Below are positions 1 through 6,956 of a DNA stretch of 38,374 nucleotides, piece by piece. A program made the translations under genes and the position numbers. The stretch is from a virus, in the IMG/VR virus record IMGVR_UViG_3300045988_093617, positions 1-38,374 of that record; one strand, 5' to 3'. The number at the start of each line of letters is the position of its first letter. The stretch's first letter is position 1. The notes beneath the pieces were generated by a model. It had not been told where the DNA came from. It saw only the letters and a program-made list of their open reading frames with translations, and ran no database searches.

Positions 1-123
1 ACAAGAAATTGAGTGAATTTGACAAAATTCGAGCAATGTTTTAAATTTTTGACCAATTTTTGACCAAAAAAAATAAAACCGCTGATTTCAACGATTTGAA
101 AGCTTTATTATTATATCCAAGCT
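1..123. repeat. Terminal duplication copy 1 (identical to 38252-38374); circular-closure overlap
   Basis: Read directly: acaagaaattgagtgaatttgac...tatatccaagct occurs at both ends. It includes the last 41 coding nt plus the stop of the integrase ORF, so it is not an att core. Confidence 0.9.
46..67 (+). repeat. 2 x 11-bp tandem repeat TTTTTGACCAA (candidate integrase arm-type sites)
   Basis: Perfect tandem copies at 46-56 and 57-67, immediately after the int stop. Confidence 0.45.
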
Positions 124-237
124 TTAATTTTTTAAAAAAATTATTTCCACAAACATTTAACAAAATAACCAAATTTCAACGTTTTACGCTTTTAAAAGTT
201 TCTATCTTTTAAAATTTTTTATAAATTTAAATTTAAT

Positions 238-259
238 TTTTTGACGGATTTTTGACCAA
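238..259 (+). repeat. 2 x 11-bp tandem repeat TTTTTGACGGA / TTTTTGACCAA (candidate arm-type sites, second arm)
   Basis: Same motif and orientation as 46-67, about 190 bp away. The first unit has 2 mismatches. Confidence 0.45.
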
Positions 260-287
260 AAAAAGAGCCTTCGTGGCTCTTTTTTTT
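258..287 (-). terminator. Rho-independent terminator (bidirectional shape) ending moron cassette B
   Basis: AAAAAAAGAGCC-ttcgt-GGCTCTTTTTTTT. The stem 264-269/275-280 is flanked by an A-run and a T-run, and overlaps the stop codon of 286-621. Confidence 0.75.
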
Positions 288-621
288 ATTTGTTGTATTT
301 TTTGTTGAAATCAATAACCCATTTTTTGTAAGTTTTTCCATCAATTATTATTTTTTCATTTAATTCTTCTTCGCTTAAAGTCTTTTTGTAAGCATCCATA
401 TTTTTGTATTTTTCTTCTGCATTTTCTCTATCAGATTTTTTCTCAATGTAGAAGTCATTTACAGTTAAAACATCTTCGCCAGCTTTTTTTACAAGATCTA
501 TTCTTGCTTGGTCTGCAAAGCTTGTGCATTCTTCTCTGCTTCCTGCGAATATTATTTCTTCATTTCCTTTAAAGCTTTCAACTACTACATACATTTCTTT
601 TTCATTAACTAAGTTTTTCAT
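286..621 (-). CDS. Hypothetical protein (moron cassette B), 111 aa
   Basis: ORF track. SD AAAGGAG lies 9 nt before the ATG. It has its own promoter copy upstream and a terminator downstream. No motif recognised. Confidence 0.6.
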   Translation of the reverse strand: MKNLVNEKEMYVVVESFKGNEEIIFAGSREECTSFADQARIDLVKKAGEDVLTVNDFYIEKKSDRENAEEKYKNMDAYKKTLSEEELNEKIIIDGKTYKKWVIDFNKKYNK

Positions 622-642
622 GATTTTTAACTCCTTTGTTTT

Positions 643-730
643 TTTAATTTCTATCTTTAACTTAATTATATTTTAGTACATGTACTAAAATATGTCAACA
701 GTTTTTTTATTATTTTTTAAAATTTTTTTT
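643..730 (-). repeat. Promoter/operator/leader segment, copy 1 of 2
   Basis: 643-718 is identical (76/76) to 1243-1318. The match continues to about 730/1331 with one T indel, and the copies are exactly 600 bp apart. Confidence 0.9.
670..698 (-). promoter_or_regulatory. Sigma-A-type promoter with embedded 20-bp palindromic operator (drives 286-621)
   Basis: Minus strand reads TTGACA (698-693), 17 nt, TAAAAT (675-670). The perfect palindrome TTTTAGTACATGTACTAAAA at 671-690 fills the spacer and -10. Confidence 0.6.
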
Positions 731-897
731 CTTTTTTCAACTAATTCTTCTATCTCTTTTAAATCTTCAAGTTCAGCGTAATTGTTGAGAAAAGTCCTTG
801 TCGTGCTTCTATAAGATAAGTATCTTCTCTTCTCTCTATTCTTCTCTATCCATTTCTTATCATATTCAGCCTGATTATATTTTTTTTCTTCTTTCAT
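685..897 (-). CDS. Hypothetical small basic protein, 70 aa (moron cassette A, second gene)
   Basis: ORF track. SD AAGGGG lies 6 nt before the ATG, and the gene starts 10 nt after the stop of 908-1225. It has a very basic stretch, KKWIEKNREKRRYLSYRSTTR. Its 3' end lies inside repeat copy 1. Confidence 0.55.
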   Translation of the reverse strand: MKEEKKYNQAEYDKKWIEKNREKRRYLSYRSTTRTFLNNYAELEDLKEIEELVEKRKKILKNNKKTVDIF

Positions 898-907
898 TTA
901 ATACCCC

Positions 908-1225
908 TTATTTAACTAAATCTCTACAAGCATTAACTTTTGCTTTGTTTGACAATAATTCAAAATGTCTTTCAGTATAGCTGTCTATTCTTTCTTGCAC
1001 ATCTTCAATATCTCCAGCAAACATGTGATCAATAATTAATAAGATTTCATTTTCTCTGTCTTCAACACTTTTATTAGAATCATAGCCGTAATAGTCTGCT
1101 AAATCGTAAAATTCTGTCATAACCCATTTTTCAATCTTTAATTCGCCTTTTTTTGCTTTTGAATAAATAACACCTATTTGCTTTTTTGTAAATTCAGTAG
1201 CTTTCATTGCTCCGTAGTTTTTCAT
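908..1225 (-). CDS. Hypothetical protein, 105 aa (moron cassette A, first gene)
   Basis: ORF track. SD AAGGAG lies 8 nt before the ATG, directly downstream of promoter copy 2. Confidence 0.6.
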   Translation of the reverse strand: MKNYGAMKATEFTKKQIGVIYSKAKKGELKIEKWVMTEFYDLADYYGYDSNKSVEDRENEILLIIDHMFAGDIEDVQERIDSYTERHFELLSNKAKVNACRDLVK

Positions 1226-1242
1226 TTTTTTATCTCCTTTTC

Positions 1243-1331
1243 TTTAATTTCTATCTTTAACTTAATTATATTTTAGTACATGTACTAAAATATGTCAACA
1301 GTTTTTTTATTATTTTTTTAAAATTTTTTTA
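1243..1331 (-). repeat. Promoter/operator/leader segment, copy 2 of 2
   Basis: See 643-730. Confidence 0.9.
1270..1298 (-). promoter_or_regulatory. Sigma-A-type promoter with embedded 20-bp palindromic operator (drives 908-1225 and 685-897)
   Basis: Identical copy of 670-698, with the palindrome at 1271-1290. Confidence 0.6.
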
Positions 1332-1356
1332 ATTTTTTTTATGGTATAATTAACTA

Positions 1357-1467
1357 AGCTCCTTTGAGCTTTAACTATTTTTAACTTGTCCGTGTCGATT
1401 TTAAATTGATGCGGACTTTAAACTTTTTAAACAAAAAAAGACCTGGAGTTTATTCTCCAGGTTTTTT
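1357..1467 (+). ncRNA. Candidate plus-strand structured small RNA (speculative)
   Basis: Extended -10 TGgTATAAT at 1342-1350. Hairpins at AAGCTC-cttt-GAGCTT (1356-1371) and GTCCG...CGGAC (1388-1416). It ends at the terminator hairpin 1442-1461 plus a T-run. There is no credible plus-strand CDS here. Confidence 0.2.
1433..1467. terminator. Bidirectional rho-independent terminator at the end of the lysis cassette
   Basis: AAAAAAAG-A-CCTGGAG-tttatt-CTCCAGG-TTTTTT. It overlaps the stop codon (1450-1452) of 1450-1695. Confidence 0.75.
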
Positions 1468-1695
1468 AAAATCATCTGTTTTAATGATATTCGTAACATC
1501 TTCGCTCTTGCTGTCTGCCATGCCTTCGCTAAGCATATATACACATAGACCTCCTATAGCTCCTACAAGAGCAACAATTCTTTCCAGCGTTTCTGGTGTA
1601 GCCTTAGTGAAAGCTATTAAGCTCACTATCACAGCTGTTATGCAGGCCCAAAACTTTCTGCTTGATAATTTTCTTAACAAATCTTCTTTCTTCAT
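1450..1695 (-). CDS. Holin-like membrane protein, 81 aa, two predicted TM helices
   Basis: Hydrophobic segments FWACITAVIVSLIAF and IVALVGAIGGLCVYML, with a charged C-terminus. SD AAAGGAG. It is the last gene of the lysis cassette. Confidence 0.5.
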   Translation of the reverse strand: MKKEDLLRKLSSRKFWACITAVIVSLIAFTKATPETLERIVALVGAIGGLCVYMLSEGMADSKSEDVTNIIKTDDFKKPGE

Positions 1696-1733
1696 CTTCT
1701 CGCTCCTTTCTGCGGTTAAAGTATCTATCCTGT

Positions 1734-2327
1734 TTAATCCAAAATTCTTACGCAGTGATTTAACTTTCTAACACTTTTAACAATATCCTTACCATTAAAC
1801 CTCATTTGAGTAGAGCCTCCACCATCTAAAGCTATAAGACCATCAAAGGCAATGCTACTATTTAAAATTCTATTTCTGAACTCTTCAAGGGTGTACTTTC
1901 TATCAGAAGCTATTAAATATACTTTTCTGCCTCTGAACCCTATAGCCGTGTGTGCAGTCGCTCTTAATACGTCCATATATGGGCCCACAAAGCCCTCTTT
2001 TTTAGTGTTCCATACTGGATATAGACTTATACCCGAAATCGCCCACCTGACGTCTGTATGGACTTCTGTGCGTATGTTATATATCATACCCACACTCATA
2101 TTATTTCCATCAAACCAAATCGTCCCTCTTTTTAAACCTTCAAAATTACTGACGTAAGAATTAGCTTCAAGAGGTCTACCATCTTGAATAGCTATTCCAT
2201 AAATAGGCTTCTTGCCTATCGCATAAAAAGTGCCATTAATTCCATCAACATTTAAAGGTTTATTATCAACAAGCTCTATTCTGATTCTGTCTGCTTCTGT
2301 TTCAATGAAATTTATATTGTTTTCCAC
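1734..2327 (-). CDS. Phosphodiester glycosidase (NAGPA/DUF2233)-like protein, 197 aa
   Basis: C-terminal pattern ...HTAIGFRGRKVYLIASD...TLEEF...GLIALDGGGSTQM matches my recollection of the NAGPA family signature (..LDGGGS..). No search was run. Confidence 0.55.
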   Translation of the reverse strand: MENNINFIETEADRIRIELVDNKPLNVDGINGTFYAIGKKPIYGIAIQDGRPLEANSYVSNFEGLKRGTIWFDGNNMSVGMIYNIRTEVHTDVRWAISGISLYPVWNTKKEGFVGPYMDVLRATAHTAIGFRGRKVYLIASDRKYTLEEFRNRILNSSIAFDGLIALDGGGSTQMRFNGKDIVKSVRKLNHCVRILD

Positions 2328-2348
2328 AAAAAATCTGTTTTCTGCTCT

Positions 2349-3074
2349 TCAGGTTGGTTCTTTGCTGATGTTAGGCAGTTTTTCGCCTTTTGCAATCTTA
2401 ATACCTCTTAACACCATCATTGCAACCTCTTCTCGTGTCGCTGGGTCTTTTGGTCTTGAACCGTCTGTGATTCCTATTTTCTTAGCTTCTTCAAATTCAC
2501 TATTCATAGTTTTATTTTCCTTTCCAAATTCTGAATCCTTTGATAGATCTATTTTCCACTCGATAGGATTCTTAATATCTTCTTTAAATTGCCACCACTT
2601 AGCCCAATTATTGGTACTCCAACTTCCAGGACAAATTTTGCCCGTTGCATCAAAATGTCGGATGACTCTATCTTGTGAAATATTAAACTTCTTCATTAAG
2701 TTCTTTGTAAGTTCTACTAAGTTCTTATATGCCTTTGCCTTATCTATATCAGAATTAATACATAGCTCTATGGATATTGAATTGGAGTTTAGAGCGTCTT
2801 TAATTCTATTAGGGTTATTTCCATATCCCCATTTATCACCAATAGACCAAGCAGTATAGCTATCTCCGATTATTTGTATGATTTCTTTATCATCTAAATA
2901 ATAGTGTGCAGAGCCATATCTTGTAGCAGCTTGTAAATACCTATAATGGGACTTAGCATCTGATCCCTTTGTTGTGTTTCCTGTATCATGTATAACTAAA
3001 TATTTAATATCTGAATATTTTCTTGTTTTCCCAATTTGTCTTTTGTTAGAAATTGGCAAATATTTAAAATTCAT
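2349..3074 (-). CDS. Endolysin: N-acetylmuramoyl-L-alanine amidase (Amidase_2/PGRP type) with short C-terminal SLH-like motif
   Basis: Motifs LVIHDTGNT, SISIELC and RHFDATGKICPG (T7-lysozyme-type Zn amidase). The C-terminus GITDGSRPKDPATREEVAMMVLR resembles a single SLH-type wall-binding motif. Confidence 0.85.
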   Translation of the reverse strand: MNFKYLPISNKRQIGKTRKYSDIKYLVIHDTGNTTKGSDAKSHYRYLQAATRYGSAHYYLDDKEIIQIIGDSYTAWSIGDKWGYGNNPNRIKDALNSNSISIELCINSDIDKAKAYKNLVELTKNLMKKFNISQDRVIRHFDATGKICPGSWSTNNWAKWWQFKEDIKNPIEWKIDLSKDSEFGKENKTMNSEFEEAKKIGITDGSRPKDPATREEVAMMVLRGIKIAKGEKLPNISKEPT

Positions 3075-3116
3075 AATCTCATTCCTTAATCAAAGAGGAG
3101 GATCCTGTCCGCCCCA

Positions 3117-3398
3117 TTATTTTCCCAGAGCATCTACTTTATTTTCAATTCTTAAAAGTATCTCTTTGCAAGCCTCACTGTCTTTTCCTGCTTCTTTGAG
3201 TTGCTCGATGTCTATCTTCATATCAGTTAAACACTCGTCCATTTTTTGATGATAGACTTTAGCGTCTTTGATTACTTCAGTGTTTGATTCTACTACTTTT
3301 GTTATTTTTTCTATCATTTTCGGCATTTGCCATAGATACAGTCCAGCTATGACGATTAAGATCCCAAAATTTGCTATTGCTTGATATTCTGCCATCAT
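3117..3398 (-). CDS. Holin-like protein, BhlA/UviB-type architecture (N-terminal TM + coiled coil), 93 aa
   Basis: N-terminal TM FGILIVIAGLYLW followed by a charged helical region. It lies immediately upstream of the amidase. Confidence 0.45.
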   Translation of the reverse strand: MMAEYQAIANFGILIVIAGLYLWQMPKMIEKITKVVESNTEVIKDAKVYHQKMDECLTDMKIDIEQLKEAGKDSEACKEILLRIENKVDALGK

Positions 3399-3417
3399 TG
3401 AAGATCACTTCCTTCCT

Positions 3418-3555
3418 TTAAAATTCTTGTCCTGTGATTTCCTTAAATTGTTCTTTTGTGATATCGCCAAAAGGATTGGTATCAGTTATTACTGCTTGTC
3501 TTAAAAGACTGATATCTATCCACTGGTTATCATATGCCATTTTCCAAAAATCCAT
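3418..3555 (-). CDS. XkdX-family small tail-region protein, 45 aa (not in ORF track)
   Basis: My translation is MDFWKMAYDNQWIDISLLRQAVITDTNPFGDITKEQFKEITGQEF. The ATG overlaps the upstream stop (TAATG). The ...ITxEQFxEITG ending and the position after the fibre genes match PBSX XkdX. Confidence 0.6.
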   Translation of the reverse strand: MDFWKMAYDNQWIDISLLRQAVITDTNPFGDITKEQFKEITGQEF

Positions 3556-3899
3556 TATTTGCCTCCTTTAATTTGCATTAATTGTATCTTTAAACTTGCT
3601 ACTTCCTGACCAAGTTTTTTATTAATTTGCTTATCTTTTATTGCATCTATCTTTAAATTTGCCACTTCTTTGACCAAAGTTGCAGTCATATCAGGTTTAG
3701 GTTCTACTGCTGGTTCTTTCGGGTCATTGTTTCTTTCTTCGTAAAGCTTTCTTATTTTTTCTGCTTGTTCTTCGTCAACAAGCACAGGATTTTCAACTGT
3801 TCCCTTTTTACCTGTAACTTCTTGAACTATTGCAAAACCTAAGTTTTTGTCTACTGGTTGCCAGGTTATTTCGCAACCACTTCTCATTATTCTATACAT
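3555..3899 (-). CDS. XkdW-like tail-fibre-associated protein, 114 aa (start moved to Met30 of track ORF)
   Basis: RBS AAGGTGGTGG precedes ATG 3899, which overlaps the stop of 3892-4164. It has a C-terminal heptad-like LVKEVANLKIDAIKDK...LKIQLMQ. Position matches PBSX xkdW. Confidence 0.4.
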   Translation of the reverse strand: MYRIMRSGCEITWQPVDKNLGFAIVQEVTGKKGTVENPVLVDEEQAEKIRKLYEERNNDPKEPAVEPKPDMTATLVKEVANLKIDAIKDKQINKKLGQEVASLKIQLMQIKGGK

Positions 3900-4164
3900 T
3901 TTCCACCACCTTAAATACCAAAACTGAAGCAGTATTTTTAGATTCCACCCAATCATTTTTATTACAATTTTTAATTTTCGCTCCACCTGTCAAAATAGTT
4001 CGTACCCATGTTTTGGGTCCAGTTCCCGAAGCAACGCTGTCATTGATAAAGAGTTCAGCACCGTTGTGCAACCAAAAAGACCACACTTCGTCTTTGGGGA
4101 CAGTGATGACTTCTTGCGGGTTTAATACGACTTCAAAAGCTCTATCAAATTTTAATTTTGCCAT
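3892..4164 (-). CDS. Hypothetical tail-fibre-module protein, 90 aa
   Basis: ORF track. Tightly packed after the fibre gene. No motif recognised. Confidence 0.5.
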   Translation of the reverse strand: MAKLKFDRAFEVVLNPQEVITVPKDEVWSFWLHNGAELFINDSVASGTGPKTWVRTILTGGAKIKNCNKNDWVESKNTASVLVFKVVENV

Positions 4165-4175
4165 ATTTACCTCCT

Positions 4176-4721
4176 TTAACTATAAGCAAGTATTTGTTCT
4201 ATAATATCGCTTCCTACTTCTTCTCTAAATTTCTTCAACTCTTTAGATATAAGGGCATCCACCTCTTTTTTCGTATACATTTTGCCCATCTCATCTTCCA
4301 GAGCCTTGCCCCTGGCACCATCAAAAGCGGTGTCTTTGACCTCTCCTATCTTAAGTTGAGGAGATAACTCAACATAAGTAGACCCAGTCCACCTATAAAT
4401 CCTACTGTCAGACTTATCTACATAAAGCTTTTTGCTATTGCCAGTAGATGGAAAGTTACCCCTTGCCTCATACATAAGCACATCTTTATAGACATCAAGG
4501 TCAGGCAGTTGACTTACAAGTACCTTCCCCTTTTCGTCAAGGTCGGCTTTTTTATTTAAGAGATCCATAAGATTAACCCCATCTGTACTCAGTACATCAA
4601 GAGCATCGTTGACAGCCTTTATAAGCTTATCAATCTCGTCCATGTTGTAGTTTAAGTCACCTACGATGACATAGTCATCGGCTTCTGGCTTGTTTAGTTT
4701 ATAATTTTCTGTTTTTAACAC
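4176..4721 (-). CDS. Short tail fibre / receptor-binding candidate, 181 aa
   Basis: The N-terminus YKLNKPEADDYVIVGDLNYNMDEID resembles the conserved N-terminal motif of Firmicute prophage fibre proteins (recollection only). It follows the baseplate genes. Confidence 0.45.
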   Translation of the reverse strand: MLKTENYKLNKPEADDYVIVGDLNYNMDEIDKLIKAVNDALDVLSTDGVNLMDLLNKKADLDEKGKVLVSQLPDLDVYKDVLMYEARGNFPSTGNSKKLYVDKSDSRIYRWTGSTYVELSPQLKIGEVKDTAFDGARGKALEDEMGKMYTKKEVDALISKELKKFREEVGSDIIEQILAYS

Positions 4722-4727
4722 CTATTA

Positions 4728-5555
4728 TCACCCCTTATACTCATTAAATTTTTTCCAACTTACAAGCTCTAAATCTCGCCATCTTATATCCTTTGTAGCT
4801 TCCTTCCAAGTCTTTTGAGTGTAGGTAAATTTCCAGTCCAAATCGGCTGGCATATTTAACCTAAGCATCCTCTCAAACTCATCAAGATTATTAGGCAAGC
4901 CATTTGCCACAAAGCGTATTTCATAGACATAAGGATTTTCTGTTTTTAAAACCTCAACCCCAGCATCGTTATTAGAAAAGGCACTACACAAGTCTTTTAT
5001 AGCTTCCTCATCTGTCTGCTTGTGCATCAAGTTTAAGACTGCTTGTATCTGCCTTCTCCTTTGTTTGTAAGATATATCTGGGTCTGTCCTTATACCAAGT
5101 CGCTCCTCAAAATAAGGTAGCATCTCTATGGCACTATCAAGATTAAGATTTCTATCTACCCTTGCTACTTGCTCTTCCATATACCTATAAGACACATCAA
5201 GCACTCTACAAAGATTTATAAAAGTTGGATTGATTTTGTCATACCAAGGCAAGAAGTAGATTAGCATTTCAAAGAAATTAATAGCAGATACAAAGATTGC
5301 AACCTGCATATCTGTTTCCTCTTTCATTACTAAGGTCTTTGACATAAGTTCAGACACTAAAATAGAGACATCACTTATTTCCGTGTCTGTCTCCATTCCA
5401 ATCTTTCCCCTATCAACTTTTACTCCCTTGGTTTTTAATTCCTGATCCATTTCCATAAGGACCAAGGCAAAGTCTTGCCACTGATTACCCCTTAGACTGG
5501 ACCAAGTCCTTTTTTTGACTGTCCCATAAGAGGACTCAAAAATTATTTTCCCCAT
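4728..5555 (-). CDS. XkdU/YmfQ-like (DUF2313) baseplate/tail protein, 275 aa
   Basis: The segment LPYFEERLGIRTDPDISYKQRRRQIQAVL resembles the DUF2313 signature. Synteny places it after baseplate J. Confidence 0.5.
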   Translation of the reverse strand: MGKIIFESSYGTVKKRTWSSLRGNQWQDFALVLMEMDQELKTKGVKVDRGKIGMETDTEISDVSILVSELMSKTLVMKEETDMQVAIFVSAINFFEMLIYFLPWYDKINPTFINLCRVLDVSYRYMEEQVARVDRNLNLDSAIEMLPYFEERLGIRTDPDISYKQRRRQIQAVLNLMHKQTDEEAIKDLCSAFSNNDAGVEVLKTENPYVYEIRFVANGLPNNLDEFERMLRLNMPADLDWKFTYTQKTWKEATKDIRWRDLELVSWKKFNEYKG

Positions 5556-5556
5556 A

Positions 5557-5901
5557 CTATCTCAACCTTATAATCATATAGCCTCTTGGTATCTTATATT
5601 GACTTGCTACCCCTATGGACTTAACAACTTCGGGAGTGCCTTCCCAAATTTTGTTACCGCCACTTAGAGCATCGTAAAGGCTAATCTTTGTGATGTTGCC
5701 CCAGTCCTCTTGGGCGATTGGAAATTCAATGTCCTTAGAGTTCTGCACCTGCCCATTTGATGGCTCTGTAAAAGATACAGCCACCCTCTTATAAGACCCT
5801 GTCTTAACTTCCTCTGTGTTTTCTAAGGCACAGTAGACTTGTCTTGATATAAGGCTTTCTTTTAAGACCCTATTCTTTTCAACCATTTGCATGTTATTCA
5901 T
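5557..5901 (-). CDS. Hypothetical baseplate-associated protein, 114 aa
   Basis: ORF track. Overlaps the baseplate J stop by 8 nt. No motif recognised. Confidence 0.5.
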   Translation of the reverse strand: MNNMQMVEKNRVLKESLISRQVYCALENTEEVKTGSYKRVAVSFTEPSNGQVQNSKDIEFPIAQEDWGNITKISLYDALSGGNKIWEGTPEVVKSIGVASQYKIPRGYMIIRLR

Positions 5902-6952
5902 TTGTTGTCACCCCCAAACTTTCTAATTCTGGTACTTCAGTTTCCTTCATTTCAACGTTCCCCATACTGCCATTAAGTTTTAAGTCATCGTAGTCAGCGA
6001 CTCCAGGGACTTTAAGTATTTCAGCCCCCACTTTGGCATATGACACGGTATTTTCTTTAAAGGATATGCTATAAAAGTATTTTTCTATCCTGTCTTTTAT
6101 TTCTTCCTTAACCTCTATTAGGTTTGCGTTTTGAGTGAGTTTAATTTTTACATCAACCTTAACTTTTTTTGTTGTCGCACTCTCAACTGTTAGACTTTCA
6201 TATCTAATTGGCGCTTCTTCCAGGATATGCTTTTTGACCTTTTCTATTAGGTCAGGTCCTACTGCCTTGCGATTAAGTCCTATAACTACAACCTTGACAG
6301 TTCCACCACCTTGCCAAGTTCTGAAGACTTTTGCGTTCCAAATTCCGTCAACTTCCGTTGCCCATAGTTTATAATGGGCAGGATTACCAGCCTTTGGTGG
6401 GTGAAGTAATTTCTCCAAATATCTCTCTCTTAAGTCATCGTCAGTTTCTTGGTCATAGCCATTGTTAATCTCTTTTGCGTTGGATATGTTATCCACTCCC
6501 ATTATTTGAGGATTGGACTTGTCAATAGCATTAGGTAAGACATTGGCATCACCGCCATAGGGTACAGACTTGACCTTGATAGTGATATTACCTGTGTCGG
6601 GTATTACATAATCTTGGTCGATTTTAAATTCAAGGCTACCTGCTAAAAATACTGTTTCCTTTGGTATAACAGTCTTAGGCAGGCCAGTTATTGTCACTTC
6701 TCCCGTTGACTGTGTGGCTTGTTTTCTTTTGATACCTGCTATTTGTAATACTCTTGCATCAAGTTCCTCGTCCTCAAGGTTCATGACGTCAAACTTTTTA
6801 AAGAGTTCTAAGATGACCCTTTGAAAGTCCTCAAAAACAATAGCTGCCGCCGATAAAATGTCATAAGAAAAAGAATTAGGAGTCTTGTCCTCTGTGTTGC
6901 TCAAATTACTAAGCATTGACTGTAAAAATTCTTCTTGCGTTTTTTCTTGCAT
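5894..6952 (-). CDS. Baseplate J-like protein (XkdT-like), 352 aa
   Basis: Size, position and general similarity to Baseplate_J family proteins in PBSX-like tails. Confidence 0.7.
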   Translation of the reverse strand: MQEKTQEEFLQSMLSNLSNTEDKTPNSFSYDILSAAAIVFEDFQRVILELFKKFDVMNLEDEELDARVLQIAGIKRKQATQSTGEVTITGLPKTVIPKETVFLAGSLEFKIDQDYVIPDTGNITIKVKSVPYGGDANVLPNAIDKSNPQIMGVDNISNAKEINNGYDQETDDDLRERYLEKLLHPPKAGNPAHYKLWATEVDGIWNAKVFRTWQGGGTVKVVVIGLNRKAVGPDLIEKVKKHILEEAPIRYESLTVESATTKKVKVDVKIKLTQNANLIEVKEEIKDRIEKYFYSISFKENTVSYAKVGAEILKVPGVADYDDLKLNGSMGNVEMKETEVPELESLGVTTNE

Positions 6953-6956
6953 TTAC

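Larger units (their letters stand above)
45..260. other. Putative attP region
   Basis: Non-coding AT-rich stretch between the int stop (42-44 = 38293-38295) and the terminator at 258-287. It holds tandem TTTTTGACCAA repeats at both edges, ATTTCAACG at 85-93 and 173-181, and the palindromic motif AAGCTTT at 99-106 and 119-125. Confidence 0.4.

Noticed and set aside
1-123. The 123-bp identical ends could be attL/attR of an integrated prophage.
   Set aside because: The repeat includes the last 41 coding nt and the stop of the integrase gene, and no host-like genes flank it. A circular-closure (assembly or concatemer) overlap explains it better.
1406-1771. 121-aa plus-strand ORF overlapping the holin-like gene.
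   Set aside because: It runs antisense to a well-supported gene and reads through a strong terminator hairpin. The upstream part is better explained as a possible non-coding RNA, reported separately with low confidence.
2230-2859. 209-aa plus-strand ORF across the endolysin region (also 1852-2157, 2974-3249, 3830-4204).
   Set aside because: These are shadow ORFs antisense to the amidase and the phosphodiester-glycosidase-like gene, which have clear catalytic motifs.
3555-3986. N-terminal 29 residues of the track ORF (MERKLKIVIKMIGWNLKILLQFWYLRWWK).
   Set aside because: This part overlaps 3892-4164 in another frame and has no RBS. Met30 (3899) has AAGGTGGTGG upstream and overlaps the upstream stop.
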